From a virus (lineage: Duplodnaviria > Caudoviricetes): 56,213 bases of DNA. Below are positions 34,731-44,875 of this stretch, one piece after another. Each line of letters starts with the position of its first letter. Within the stretch, counting starts at the first letter, position 1. The notes beneath the pieces are model-generated. The model worked only from the letters and a program-made list of their open reading frames with translations, searched no databases and was not told the origin of the DNA. The stretch covers positions 1-56,213 of IMG/VR virus record IMGVR_UViG_3300006108_000017; one strand, written 5' to 3'. The translations under genes and the position numbers were made by a program.

Positions 34731-35216
34731 CTATTCCTTATTCAGCTGTTCGACTTCGACACCGCGCTGCTGGAGGAAGCGAATCCCGCCAGGGTCACGG
34801 TAGGTTTCTCGAAACACGACTCGCTTGATGCCGGTCTGTTTGATCAGCTTCGCGCATTCCGTGCAGGGAGATAGGGTTAGGTAGAGCGTCGCGCCATCGG
34901 CGCCCTGTCCACCATTCTTGCTGAGCTTCGTGATTGCGTTAGACTCAGCGTGCAGAACTTCAGGCTTTGTCTTGAGCGTCGGCTGATGAGGGCCGTTGTC
35001 AGGATCATCAAAATCAATGAACTCACAAACATCGTCAGGGTCTCCTGCTGGCATCCCATTGTACCCGTCAGATATGATCTGGCGGTCCTTGACGAGGATA
35101 GCTCCTACCTGCTTTCTGACCGCCTTTGAGCGCTTAGCCCAGACCTCGGCCATCTGCATGTAGGCCTCATCAAGGCCAATGCGATCTGGGTTAGTGGAAG
35201 GTTTTTGGGACGTCAT
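34731..35216 (-). CDS. cd: dCMP deaminase
   Basis: VGAILV, GYNG, HAESNAI and SPCTECAK. Confidence 0.95.
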   Translation of the reverse strand: MTSQKPSTNPDRIGLDEAYMQMAEVWAKRSKAVRKQVGAILVKDRQIISDGYNGMPAGDPDDVCEFIDFDDPDNGPHQPTLKTKPEVLHAESNAITKLSKNGGQGADGATLYLTLSPCTECAKLIKQTGIKRVVFRETYRDPGGIRFLQQRGVEVEQLNKE

Positions 35217-35610
35217 GTGTCACTTCGATTTCGTCGACTTCATCGTCGACTGCCACGATGGACGGACCTTCGTCATCGTCCGAACTTGGGCCACGGGACT
35301 CGATCTCATAGCTTTCCTGCAGATCGTGGATCACGTTGGCGAGAATGGTGTAGAGGGAAAGATCGCCGCTTTCGATCTGGTAGGCGAGCTCGGCATAGAG
35401 GCCTTCAGCGAGAACGCCTTGCTTGCCGCCGAGATTGATGTACGTCAGAACTTCATCATCTTCAGTGGGTGCGTCCTTGCACCCCAGCACGAACATGGCA
35501 TAGTCCTCGCCTTTGTCAACGAGCTCAGAGAACGGTTCAACCGCTTCGGCGAGTTGTTTCAGCGCCTCGTCGGGATGGGTATCAAGCTCGGACTCGGGGA
35601 TTCTGGACAT
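35191..35610 (-). CDS. Acidic hypothetical protein
   Basis: AAGGA RBS; GGTAAATA at 35639..35646. Confidence 0.7.
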   Translation of the reverse strand: MSRIPESELDTHPDEALKQLAEAVEPFSELVDKGEDYAMFVLGCKDAPTEDDEVLTYINLGGKQGVLAEGLYAELAYQIESGDLSLYTILANVIHDLQESYEIESRGPSSDDDEGPSIVAVDDEVDEIEVTHDVPKTFH

Positions 35611-35656
35611 AGTGTCGCTTCCTTATTTGTGATGAAGATATTTACCAGTGGCTCAA

Positions 35657-37218
35657 TCACGCCTTCTGCTCGGAAGGAGCAGGGACGTCGATCATTTCCT
35701 TGAGAGCGCGGGTGATAGCCACGTACTCGAGGTTGGTTTCCTGCTCCAGCTGCCAATCCTTCTTAGCATACGGAGAAGGCATGTACTTGTCGCGGCCGAG
35801 AATGTAAACCGTTCCCATTCGCGGCCCTTAGACTTGTGAACCGTAGAGAGGGTCAGAACTTCCGGCTGTTGGCCTTCAGGAGTATTGCCGAACATGCTCT
35901 CGATGTCCGCAACCAGATCATCGATGCTGTGCTTGTTCTGGAGCAGGCAGCGGTTGATGATGATCCGCAGGCATTCGAGCTGGTCAACCATGCTCTCGAT
36001 GCGGGCTTCTTGTCCGCGGCTCATGAACTTGGCGGTCTGACGAGCTTCGTAATCTTCCAGCTTCGACAGCAGCTTGTCGAGAGTCTTGAGCTTCCAACGG
36101 CGAGCCATCTTCACCAGACCGGTTCCGATATCGCGACCTTCAACCCGGCAGGCAATGCCCTTGGAGAGGAGCGAGTAGGCAGTGGTGATCAGAGGAGCCG
36201 TGTTCCGGCAGAGGATGGCATCCATCTTCGAAAGATTTTCGGCAGTCAGAGCTTCATACGAGATGGAGCGAACCACACCGTCTTCGCTGTGTTCGTAGGA
36301 CTGGAAGTCCGGAACCAGCCGTTGGGCTTCGGCAACCACCAGCTTGGGGCACCGACGAGTGACGTTCAGCGGAAGAGTCTTGGCGTTGGTAGCCGCCTTC
36401 AGCTGGTTCATGGAGTCGGAGTCGGCTCCAGTGAAGCCGTAGATCGCTTGGCAGGGATCACCAACGAAGATCATCCGACCCGTCCGCGGCTTCAGCATCG
36501 CAAGAGCGAGGGCACGGCGAGCAGGGTTGGTGTCCTGAGACTCATCGAGGAGGATCCAATCCTTCGGCCAGAACCGCGCCTTGAAGACCAGCGGAGCGAG
36601 GATCATATCGTCGAAGTCGATGACCTCGCGGCATTGATTGAGAGAGATGCGGTAGACGGACTGAGCCGCCCGAACCACTTGGTAGACGTCCACATCTTCG
36701 GTGACGTCGTCATCCAGATTGAAGTGATCCCAGATGTCCATCCAGAGGTTCGTATCTTCGATGCGGCCTAGATGACCGAGGGCCCGCTGCTTAGCGAGGC
36801 TGCAGAGCTTCGCGATAGCGCCATCGCAGGAGAGGAAGATTTCTCCACCCGGACGGAAGCTTTCCGCCTTGATGATGTTGTAGAGCTTCTTGTCGTCGAC
36901 CTTGACGTGGGGAGCAATCTTTCTCCAAGCACCAAAGCCGAAGGAGTGAACCGTTCCGGCTTGAGCCGTCTTCCAGTCGAACTCTTCCTCTTCCAACCAA
37001 GCCTTGAGCTCACCGGCGATCGTCTTGTTGTAAGCCATGAGAGCGACATCGCCGAGACGACCTTCAACGATCGCTTCCACGACCCGCTTCAGAGTGAAGG
37101 TCTTGCCGCAACCGGCACGCGCGAGAAGTTCCAGAGAACCTTTGTCCTCATAGACCCACCGAATGACATTCAGCTGCTGCTCAGAAAGGCCGGTCCAGCG
37201 AGAAGGATTGAAAGTCAT
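35657..37218 (-). CDS. uvrD: UvrD/Rep-like SF1 helicase with a 1-nt frameshift near 35810
   Basis: ARAGCGKT, LDESQD, VGDPCQAIYGF, RRCP and STVHKSKGREW; motif VI YVAITRA lies in the -1 frame, ending at TGA 35657. Confidence 0.88.
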
Positions 37219-37251
37219 TGTCGTGATCCTTGTTTCTGCAGCGTATGATTG

Positions 37252-37281
37252 AATATACCATACGTGCGTCAGGATGTACAA
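37252..37281 (-). promoter_or_regulatory. Early promoter
   Basis: TTGTACA...TATATT. Confidence 0.6.
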
Positions 37282-37342
37282 CAGAAAGTGCGTCCTGACA
37301 AAATTCTTTTCGTCAGGTGACCATTATATAAGGGGCCCTACC

Positions 37343-37534
37343 TCAGTTTTTGAGGAGGGAGACCAGGACATTGCAGCGGGCAACGATTGAGCCAGCGGCG
37401 TTAAACGTGACGTTGGTCTTCTTGTTGAACCAGCCCTGGAGCTTTCCTCCACGGTTGAAGAGGCGCGACATGTCGCCCTGGTCCCGAATGTACCCTATCG
37501 TTTTTCCGTCAGTGTCACGAAGAATCTGTTGCAT
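37343..37534 (-). CDS. Small hypothetical protein
   Basis: 63 aa; GATAAATA at 37539..37546 directly upstream. Confidence 0.65.
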   Translation of the reverse strand: MQQILRDTDGKTIGYIRDQGDMSRLFNRGGKLQGWFNKKTNVTFNAAGSIVARCNVLVSLLKN

Positions 37535-37537
37535 GCC

Positions 37538-38338
37538 CTATTTATCGAACAGAATCGCTTGGACGTTTTCTACCTTAGGCAGATGGTCGTAGCACTCGAG
37601 ATTGACGGTCGATCGCAGAACCTTGCCATGGGGGCGATGATGGGCTGGGATGTTGGCGAGCTGCTCAGGGCTCAGTTCCGTCTCAGCGGTCCGACGCTTT
37701 GCGAAGGTGCCGAAGCGGAACGACATGGGCTCGTCTTCCCAGGGATGTTCGATTTCCACAAGCATCTTTTTCTTCTGCTCGCTTCCAACACCCTGCAGCT
37801 GCTTGTGGGAGAAGTGGGCCTGGGCGGCCATCGAGATGGAGTTCTTGATGCAGTCCTCTTGGCGCCACAGATAGTTCAGATAGACGTGGTGCATGTCGGG
37901 AACGTTCCACACGCGACAGTCGAAGTGCGGGTAGAAGTTTTCCTTTTCGCGGAGAATCGAAGGAATGCGCCGTGAGAAGTATGAGGAGGCCATGCCGGCC
38001 AGCACTGAGGTCAGCTTTTGGAACTTCCCGCCGAAGGGATATTCGGAGCCGGTCAGAGCGTACTGCTCCGGGGTTCCGTTGTACCAGCACAGGGTGATCT
38101 CATCGGACTGACAGTAGCCGACGATCGCGTGGGTTTCCTCGACGAGGAACTTCATCGTGTCCTGCATCAGCATCGTGAGACGCATGTCGTACGGACGCTG
38201 AAGACCCTTCGTGAAGGTGTGGAACGCGCGGCCATCGAGGCGAGCCATCAGAGGCAGCCCGCGGTCTGCGGCCCGACCGGCTTCGGCCTGCTCTTGCGCC
38301 TTGAGCTTGTCGCCCAGAGAGTCCTTAGATTCAACCAT
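37538..38338 (-). CDS. thg1: tRNA-His guanylyltransferase Thg1-like (3'-5' polymerase)
   Basis: RLDGRAFHTFT, YCQSDEITL, HFDCRV and WRQEDCIKNS. Confidence 0.93.
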   Translation of the reverse strand: MVESKDSLGDKLKAQEQAEAGRAADRGLPLMARLDGRAFHTFTKGLQRPYDMRLTMLMQDTMKFLVEETHAIVGYCQSDEITLCWYNGTPEQYALTGSEYPFGGKFQKLTSVLAGMASSYFSRRIPSILREKENFYPHFDCRVWNVPDMHHVYLNYLWRQEDCIKNSISMAAQAHFSHKQLQGVGSEQKKKMLVEIEHPWEDEPMSFRFGTFAKRRTAETELSPEQLANIPAHHRPHGKVLRSTVNLECYDHLPKVENVQAILFDK

Positions 38339-38753
38339 GTTGAGACACCATGTAGAAGACTAGACCGATATAGGTCAGGGTGTGGAGGAGTTGGTCGGCG
38401 CCGAGAGTCTGCCAGAACCATTCGGAGGTCGTGGGCCCGAGGTTGAACTTCTTGTTGATGTTCATCTTGGCCCAGTCAATGTGGTAGTGGATCACGCCGT
38501 CGGCCGCAGCGAGAAGCAGGGAATAGTGAAGCGCTTGTCCAGAGACACGACCGAAAGCCGGACCAGCGACCCATGCGAAGAGCAGCATGAACACGATGAA
38601 CGTGCCGATCGCATGCAGACCAGAGTGAAGCAGCCCGCCTGGGTGTCCGTAGGTTCCCTTGTTCTTGTACTGATATGGGAATGCCTGCAGTGGAAAGTCG
38701 ACGATGAAGTGCTTGATCGACAGCGCGAGAAGGGCAACGAGTTCAAAGTGCAT
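38331..38753 (-). CDS. DUF3307-like membrane protein
   Basis: KHFIVDFPLQ, HSGLH, HYHIDWAK and GADQLLH. Confidence 0.82.
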   Translation of the reverse strand: MHFELVALLALSIKHFIVDFPLQAFPYQYKNKGTYGHPGGLLHSGLHAIGTFIVFMLLFAWVAGPAFGRVSGQALHYSLLLAAADGVIHYHIDWAKMNINKKFNLGPTTSEWFWQTLGADQLLHTLTYIGLVFYMVSQHG

Positions 38754-38764
38754 GGGAACTTTCC

Positions 38765-39208
38765 TTACAGCTCAAGGTCTTCGACGTACTCTTCGCCGAG
38801 GATCAGACCAAAGTTGATGTTGGGGAGACCTTCTATGCGGTCGTAGTACGCATAGGAGAGGGTGACGTGCGGAATAAATTCCGGATAGTCGTACGCGAGC
38901 TTGTACGTGCTCATGAAATAATGATGGCGCTCAACGATTGTCGGCGCGTTGAGCTTCACCACGAGAACGTTTCGTTCACCTTGAGCGTTGGTGAACATCT
39001 CGTAGCCGGCAAACGTAGCGACGTGCTGCGTAATCGGATCCACCTTGATGTCCGGTGCGTGGATGCGGCTGTAGATCACCGTGGTGTGCAGGCGCTTCTC
39101 AAACGTAGATGTTTGAACCGGGATGTTAGCGGTTTTGCAGTGATTGTACAGGTACGTGGAGAAAGGCCGCAGAACGCGGAGGGCTACATACGAGCCGGCT
39201 GGAGGCAT
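38765..39208 (-). CDS. acb1: 2H phosphoesterase, Acb1 / T4 gp57B-like anti-CBASS nuclease
   Basis: LHTTVIYSR and FIPHVTLSY HxT pair; 147 aa; early promoter upstream. Confidence 0.82.
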   Translation of the reverse strand: MPPAGSYVALRVLRPFSTYLYNHCKTANIPVQTSTFEKRLHTTVIYSRIHAPDIKVDPITQHVATFAGYEMFTNAQGERNVLVVKLNAPTIVERHHYFMSTYKLAYDYPEFIPHVTLSYAYYDRIEGLPNINFGLILGEEYVEDLEL

Positions 39209-39246
39209 GAGAGTGTGAACCTAATGAGAACTGTTTCAGTAGGTTC

Positions 39247-39276
39247 ATTGTACTCCGCTTTACGCGGAATGTAAAC
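39247..39276 (-). promoter_or_regulatory. Early promoter
   Basis: GTTTACA...TACAAT. Confidence 0.75.
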
Positions 39277-39278
39277 AG

Positions 39279-39812
39279 TTAGTTGTCGTCGTCAGGAGCT
39301 TTCTGACCCGCGCCGTCATCGGCGGTAGGAGCTGGCGGGGTGGCTGGCTGCTTCTTTGGAGGGTCTGGAGTCTCTGTCGGATCCTTGCCACCGTTCTGCG
39401 ACATGACACCATACTTCGCCAGCATGAACTTTGAGAATCCTTCAATCGAGGCAACGTACGCAAGGTAGGTCGCGAAGATGTCAAAGTTGATGTTGTTCTG
39501 CAGCGTGAGCTTGATGACAATGAACGTGCCCGTAGCACCACCCACCATCTGGAGAATCTTCGTAAGGGACGCCTTAACCTGACCAGTAGGCTGGTCAACA
39601 GACGTTACGAGATCGACCCAGTTGAATCTGATCGTCTTGCTGGCGTGTGCTCTCATGAGAGCGATAATGAGCAGGGTAATCATCAGCCCGGCGATCAAGC
39701 CGTACACGTTGATGCTGTGACCCATGATCTCAATCATAGATTGGTCATTCATGATTTTTACTTGATCCGGTGAGGGTGTTGACATTTCTCTGCTCTGATG
39801 ATATTGGGACAC
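39279..39812 (-). CDS. Late membrane protein (holin candidate)
   Basis: About three hydrophobic segments and a charged tail; AATAAATA at 39848..39855. Confidence 0.6.
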   Translation of the reverse strand: MSQYHQSREMSTPSPDQVKIMNDQSMIEIMGHSINVYGLIAGLMITLLIIALMRAHASKTIRFNWVDLVTSVDQPTGQVKASLTKILQMVGGATGTFIVIKLTLQNNINFDIFATYLAYVASIEGFSKFMLAKYGVMSQNGGKDPTETPDPPKKQPATPPAPTADDGAGQKAPDDDN

Positions 39813-39867
39813 AAAAATCCTCGCTGAACAGCTAAGTCCAGCGAGGATATTTATTTCAGGATAGAAT

Positions 39868-39893
39868 TATTAGCGCTTATTAGCGCTTATTAA
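39868..39893. repeat. Short tandem repeat (TTATTAGCGC)2.5
   Basis: ttattagcgcttattagcgcttatta at the glutaredoxin stop. Confidence 0.6.
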
Positions 39894-40135
39894 GCCAAGC
39901 GCTGCTTCAGTGCCTCAAAGCCACCGATGAGAGCAGAGCCCTCAAAGATTTGTGGAACCGTCTTTGCGCCTGGAACCTTTTGGTGCAGCTGCGGAACGGT
40001 GTAGTAGGAGACTCCTTCGACCTTTGGTTGACCCACGTCGAGGATGTGCTCACGATACTCAAATCCCTTTTTCGCGATGAGGGTCTTTGCCTGTTCGCAG
40101 TAGGTGCAGCCTGGCTTGGAATAAACTTCAAACAT
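39890..40135 (-). CDS. nrdC: Glutaredoxin
   Basis: CTYC, TVPQIF and IGGF. Confidence 0.93.
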   Translation of the reverse strand: MFEVYSKPGCTYCEQAKTLIAKKGFEYREHILDVGQPKVEGVSYYTVPQLHQKVPGAKTVPQIFEGSALIGGFEALKQRLA

Positions 40136-40145
40136 GATGAGGTCC

Positions 40146-41243
40146 TTATATAGTTGGGAGTGCGTCGTAATCGATGCTGTTCGTCATTGACCCGATGATG
40201 TACGCTACGCTCTCATTCTCTTGAAGTGCGGTCTGCTTCTTATTCGTGTTGAGGTGCTTGTTGAACCACGGAACTGGGGTCGATCGAACACCAGCGTCGT
40301 ACTTCATACCGATCAGTCTTAGACGTTCGTGAGCCGTCCAATCCACGAACGTGATCATCGTGCGTTCGTTGAGACCGATGACCGAGCCCTCTTTGAAGAG
40401 GTACTTTGCCCAGGTCTTTTCCTCAGCGATGACCATCATGATGATGTCGAAAGCTTCTTTCTTGCACTCTTGAGCGACTTGAGCGAAGCGTGGGTCTGTC
40501 TTAACGACGGTATTTATGATGTAGGCTGTCCAGTCCACGTGAAGCATTTCATCGCTGAGGATGAGAGCGATCTCGTTGCCGTTGCCGATAAAGATTTTGT
40601 TCTCGACCATGCCGAGGCTCGTCGCAAACGAAACGGTGAAGCGGATAGCTTCTAGACCGAAGGACGCGATGAGCGCAAGGTAGATCGCCTTGATGTGCTC
40701 GTGCTCATCAACCGGAAGTCCAGCTTCGACCTTGCAGTTCAGAAGATGCAGATCGTCGTAGTACTTCCCAATCGAGGAAGTCATCGAGATGATTTCCTGG
40801 TTGTCGTGGATCTTGTTGAACTCGTCCTTGGGAACGTTGTAGATGTTCCGGATGATGTGCGAGTATGCGCGAGAGTGGATGAGTTCGAACCACGTCCATG
40901 TCAGCACGAGGGACTCCAGCTCTGGGACAGAGATTACCGGCGTAAAGATTTGGGCTGGTGCTCTGCCCTGAATGCTGTCGAGGGTCGTCTGACGCAGGAG
41001 GTTCGACGTGAAGATGTGACGTACGGCTCTTGATGCTTCCTTGAAGTCGATCTTGTCCTTGACGAGGGTGATTTCCTCTGGAACCCAGAAGGCGCCTCGC
41101 TGCGTCTCATCGAACTTTGCAATCTTCGGATAGGCATAGTCGTCGAAGCGCTGCGTGGTAACTGGACCCGCAGTGTCAAGAAACATCTTGCGCTTGGAAT
41201 AGTCAGGGACCTTTGTAAAGTCGCGGGTGAACTTCGTGCTCAT
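40146..41243 (-). CDS. nrdB: Ribonucleotide reductase class Ia beta subunit
   Basis: FWVPEE, LDSIQ, ELIH, KYYD radical Tyr, LEAIRF and DEMLH. Confidence 0.97.
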   Translation of the reverse strand: MSTKFTRDFTKVPDYSKRKMFLDTAGPVTTQRFDDYAYPKIAKFDETQRGAFWVPEEITLVKDKIDFKEASRAVRHIFTSNLLRQTTLDSIQGRAPAQIFTPVISVPELESLVLTWTWFELIHSRAYSHIIRNIYNVPKDEFNKIHDNQEIISMTSSIGKYYDDLHLLNCKVEAGLPVDEHEHIKAIYLALIASFGLEAIRFTVSFATSLGMVENKIFIGNGNEIALILSDEMLHVDWTAYIINTVVKTDPRFAQVAQECKKEAFDIIMMVIAEEKTWAKYLFKEGSVIGLNERTMITFVDWTAHERLRLIGMKYDAGVRSTPVPWFNKHLNTNKKQTALQENESVAYIIGSMTNSIDYDALPTI

Positions 41244-43573
41244 AGGGTGCAGCTCTCGCAATACTCTTCGCCTTCTTCTTCAATGTCAGTTGGTAGATCA
41301 GCAAACTCGTCGTCCTTGAGAAGGTCCTTCGTGCCTTGCTTATCGCGTAGGTCGTAGTAGAAGCTCTTGACTCCCCATTTGGCTGCGAGCATTAGGTTGT
41401 TCGCGATGAGGGTGGCTGGAATTTTGCCCTCAGGGAAGAACTTGCCGGAGTAGAAGGTGTCAGCAGAGATGCCTTGGTCAACGAATGCCTGGAGGATGGC
41501 GACGGTCTTGATGTACCCGATGCAGTCTGGCTGGTCCCAGAGAAGCTGATAGTTCTTCTTGAACCGGCGATATTCAGGAACGACCTGTGCAAAAGCACCC
41601 GCCTTGCTTTCCTTGATGATGATCAGCTGCTTGGCAAGGTTGATGCCGTTCGTAGAGTTGATCACGACCGAGGAGGACTCAACTGGTGCGATAGCCATGA
41701 GCGTAGAGTTGCGAACTCCATACTGCTTCATCTTGGCGCGCAGGGCTTCCCAATCGAGGTTCTCATCTGGGGTAAAGTCTGTCAGTTCATTGACGCCGTC
41801 GGCTCTACGTTCCCATGGGAAGACACCGCGACCATACCACGTGTTGTGGCTTTCAAGGCAGGGGCCCTTCTCCTTGGCGAGCTGGACAGTCGCCTCGGTC
41901 AGATAGAACGCTTGGTGTTCCATCCAGCGCTTGATTTCTGCCAGAGCGTCAGCATCACCGTAGCGCATCTTGCGCTTGGCGTGCCAGTAGGCGAGGTTTG
42001 TAACGCCAATACCAAGAGGCTCAAACTCCTTGTTGTGAAGTTCAGAGTGGATCGACAGGAAGTCTTGGTACTGGAGAAGGTTGTGAAGGGCACGGTGAAG
42101 AACAACAGCTGGACGCTTCAGGTCTTCTGGATTGCGGAACGAACCCCAGTTCAGAGAGCCGAGAGTGCAGAGAGCGATACGACCGTTTGGATCATCAACG
42201 GTTTGGAACGCCTTGGTGGGAAGCATGATCTCGGTGCAGAGGTTCGTCTGATAGATCGGATGAACGTGAGTGTCAAATGGTCCCTGATTGGCGACGTTGT
42301 CAATATTCAGAAGGTAGTAGCGGCCAGTGTCACCACGTTCCTTGAGGAGCCAGTCCTTGATGACCGTTTCTGCAGGCTCAACCTTCGTGCGAAGATCGGT
42401 ACGAGCCTCGTACATTACGTAGAGCTCTTCAAACTTCTCGCTGTCTGAATAGAAGGCCTCATACAGATCAGGCACTTCGTTCGGATCGAAGAAGGTGATG
42501 TTGCCTTGCTCACGGAAACGACGCCAGAAGAACTTGTTCATAACGACGCAGTAGTCGAGGTGACGGACACGTGTTTCCTCTGTGCCCTGGTTGTTCTTCA
42601 GCACGATAAGGTCATCGAACTGGTAGTGCCAGATTGGGAAGTTTACGGTCGCAGAAGCGTTTCTGATACCGCCTTGGCTGCACGAACGAAGGTCTGCGAA
42701 CCACTTCTTAAGGAATGGAATGTAGCCAGTGTGCTTGACTTCACCACCTCGGATAGGAGCCCCGAGCGGACGAAGGCGACCCACATCGAGACCGATCCCA
42801 GCTCGCTTAGCGGCGTAATCAGCCATAACCTGTCCAGAAGCAAAAATAGATTTGAGGTTGTCATCTGCCTTGATAAGGACGCAGGATGAGAACTGCTTAG
42901 TGCGTGTTCCAAGACCTGCCAGGACCGGCGTAGCGAGAGTGAATAGGCCTTCTGAAGCAGCGTTATAGAAGTCCTTAACCCAACGGAGACGATCCCGTTG
43001 TTCTGCGTGAAAGGCTGTTGCAGCAGCGACGATGTACCTGATCTGAGGAGACTCGACAACGCTGCCAGAGATTGCTCTATTCTGGACGAGATACTTTTCG
43101 ATGAGCTGGTCGACTGCGGCATAGGGAAGGCTTTCATCTTTGTCGTGATCAACAAACTTCTCAATCTGATCCCATTCGTCTTCGGTGTACCACGTGAGAA
43201 GTTCTTCCGTGTAGAAGTTGTTCTCGACGTTCTTCTTGATAATGTCGTAGAGGCGAGGAACCTTGTACTGCCCGTAGATGTCCTTGCGCAGCATCGAGAT
43301 GCGCTGCTTTCCGGCGGCGTACTGGTAGTTGATGTTGCCAGTGTCGGGATGTTCTTCTTCGTCGATGAGGTCGATCATGGCGCGAAGGGCCATCTGATCA
43401 AGCTCTCGCGTGGTCATTCCGCTGTAGAAGTGGGTGTTGGCCGCCACTTCGATCATTGATGGGGAGACACCATCAATGCCCTCACAGACCTTAGCGATTT
43501 GGTTCTGCCACTTCTCAATCTGGAAGGGCGCTTTACTACCGTCTCTCTTAATTACAAACATTTCTTCTGGCAT
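41240..43573 (-). CDS. nrdA: Ribonucleotide reductase class Ia alpha subunit
   Basis: ATP cone VIKRDG, SSCVL, TNLCTEI, SFYY and CESC. Confidence 0.97.
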   Translation of the reverse strand: MPEEMFVIKRDGSKAPFQIEKWQNQIAKVCEGIDGVSPSMIEVAANTHFYSGMTTRELDQMALRAMIDLIDEEEHPDTGNINYQYAAGKQRISMLRKDIYGQYKVPRLYDIIKKNVENNFYTEELLTWYTEDEWDQIEKFVDHDKDESLPYAAVDQLIEKYLVQNRAISGSVVESPQIRYIVAAATAFHAEQRDRLRWVKDFYNAASEGLFTLATPVLAGLGTRTKQFSSCVLIKADDNLKSIFASGQVMADYAAKRAGIGLDVGRLRPLGAPIRGGEVKHTGYIPFLKKWFADLRSCSQGGIRNASATVNFPIWHYQFDDLIVLKNNQGTEETRVRHLDYCVVMNKFFWRRFREQGNITFFDPNEVPDLYEAFYSDSEKFEELYVMYEARTDLRTKVEPAETVIKDWLLKERGDTGRYYLLNIDNVANQGPFDTHVHPIYQTNLCTEIMLPTKAFQTVDDPNGRIALCTLGSLNWGSFRNPEDLKRPAVVLHRALHNLLQYQDFLSIHSELHNKEFEPLGIGVTNLAYWHAKRKMRYGDADALAEIKRWMEHQAFYLTEATVQLAKEKGPCLESHNTWYGRGVFPWERRADGVNELTDFTPDENLDWEALRAKMKQYGVRNSTLMAIAPVESSSVVINSTNGINLAKQLIIIKESKAGAFAQVVPEYRRFKKNYQLLWDQPDCIGYIKTVAILQAFVDQGISADTFYSGKFFPEGKIPATLIANNLMLAAKWGVKSFYYDLRDKQGTKDLLKDDEFADLPTDIEEEGEEYCESCTL

Positions 43574-43627
43574 TCTTTCATAAAGCCCCTACTATATTTT
43601 CAGGTCAACTTCTAGCTCTAGAGGCCA

Positions 43628-43651
43628 CAAAGGATCGGCTAAACCGATCCC
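43628..43651 (-). terminator. Probable terminator after the endolysin
   Basis: GGATCGG-TTTAG-CCGATCC-TTTGT. Confidence 0.55.
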
Positions 43652-43666
43652 AAGGGCGCACAGGTA

Positions 43667-44254
43667 TTACGAGTGCAGCAAAGATAGAGCGTACTGGGTA
43701 ACTTCTGCAACTCGACGCATCCAGCCGTTGATGAACTTCTGCTGCGTTGGGTCATTTTGAACGATCTGGTTGTAGCGAGCGACGCGAAGATCGTTAAGCT
43801 TACGGATAAGACCCGCGACATCCGCGCCGTTAACCGCCGCGAGAGTATTTGGTCCAATCTGACCATCGGCTGATACACCGACCGCCTGTTGAAGCATTTT
43901 TGCAGAGCGTCCAACACCATTGTTCACACAAATATCGAAAGCGATAACCGCGATTGGTTCAGCAGTCAGTTGATCGCACTTGCCTGCCAACCAGTAGTTC
44001 TTGTAGTAGATTTCCTGAGCGCCTGCCAGATCGAGGTTCTGGACGTCTACTCCTGGATTGGCAGTGATTGCGATGCCGTACTTGGTGAGTCCACCACGAT
44101 CGCCAGGAGTGTTGGTCAGACCGACCATTCTACGCTGGGCTTGGGTGTCGCAGGTTCCGGCAATGACACCGGCATCTGCAGGGTTCCACCAAGGACCAAC
44201 CTCGTAGAGCATTACGTGGTTGAAAGCGTCTATGAAAGCCTGGCTATACGTCAT
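43667..44254 (-). CDS. Endolysin, glycoside hydrolase family 108 with PG-binding domain
   Basis: LYEVG, DRGGLTKYGI, YYKNYW, FDICVNNG, DGQIGPNT and FINGWMRR; GATAAATA at 44288..44295. Confidence 0.92.
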   Translation of the reverse strand: MTYSQAFIDAFNHVMLYEVGPWWNPADAGVIAGTCDTQAQRRMVGLTNTPGDRGGLTKYGIAITANPGVDVQNLDLAGAQEIYYKNYWLAGKCDQLTAEPIAVIAFDICVNNGVGRSAKMLQQAVGVSADGQIGPNTLAAVNGADVAGLIRKLNDLRVARYNQIVQNDPTQQKFINGWMRRVAEVTQYALSLLHS

Positions 44255-44324
44255 GATAATATCCTCATCGAGTTTGCTTGATGCGGATATTTATCTTTGG
44301 CTCACCCAAGAAATAGTAAACAGG

Positions 44325-44843
44325 TTACCAGGAGAAGATGTCGCCGACCACCTTGTTCGTGAGGTGCTTGTATAGATCGTGAGGACCGATCACCACCGAG
44401 AGGTGGATTTCTTTAGCCGTTCCAGCACGCGGGCCAGGACCAACTGGATGAACCAAAGCTGTTCCCTTGGTGATCATTGGGTGAACGAGCGCCATGTTCT
44501 CGGCGTAATCGATCACGTTGACATCGAGGGTGCGAAGGTTCATTTCTTCTGGAGAGAACGCGAAGGCGATGTGCTTGCTAGTAGCGCAGGCGGTGATAGC
44601 CACGGTGTCAATCTGGAAGGTCTCACGGTCTGTGACGAGAATGAACCACGTCGCAGGAACCCAGAACTCGCTGTTGTTGATGCGGACCTTAATGGCCGCA
44701 CCAGTCGTTTCCTCAAGGTAGGTAATGGGAGAGAGCATAAAGTCCGTCTGGGGCGCGTTAAACACCCAGTTGTACTTGATGACCATAGGGGCAGTCAGGC
44801 TGTCGATAATGTATGGACGGCCGTAATCCGGAAGAACAAGCAT
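44325..44843 (-). CDS. Hypothetical protein
   Basis: 172 aa; AAGGA RBS. Confidence 0.75.
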   Translation of the reverse strand: MLVLPDYGRPYIIDSLTAPMVIKYNWVFNAPQTDFMLSPITYLEETTGAAIKVRINNSEFWVPATWFILVTDRETFQIDTVAITACATSKHIAFAFSPEEMNLRTLDVNVIDYAENMALVHPMITKGTALVHPVGPGPRAGTAKEIHLSVVIGPHDLYKHLTNKVVGDIFSW

Positions 44844-44875
44844 TCAATATCCTTGGGAAAAGTTTCCAGACGGAA

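Noticed and set aside
35800-35820. Programmed -1 frameshift in the helicase
   Set aside because: No X-XXY-YYZ slippery site in frame; a single-base indel is the simpler explanation
40146-43573. Introns or inteins in nrdA/nrdB
   Set aside because: Both genes are continuous and of normal length
43574-43610. NrdR box upstream of nrdA
   Set aside because: CTACTATATTTT is only a partial, single match
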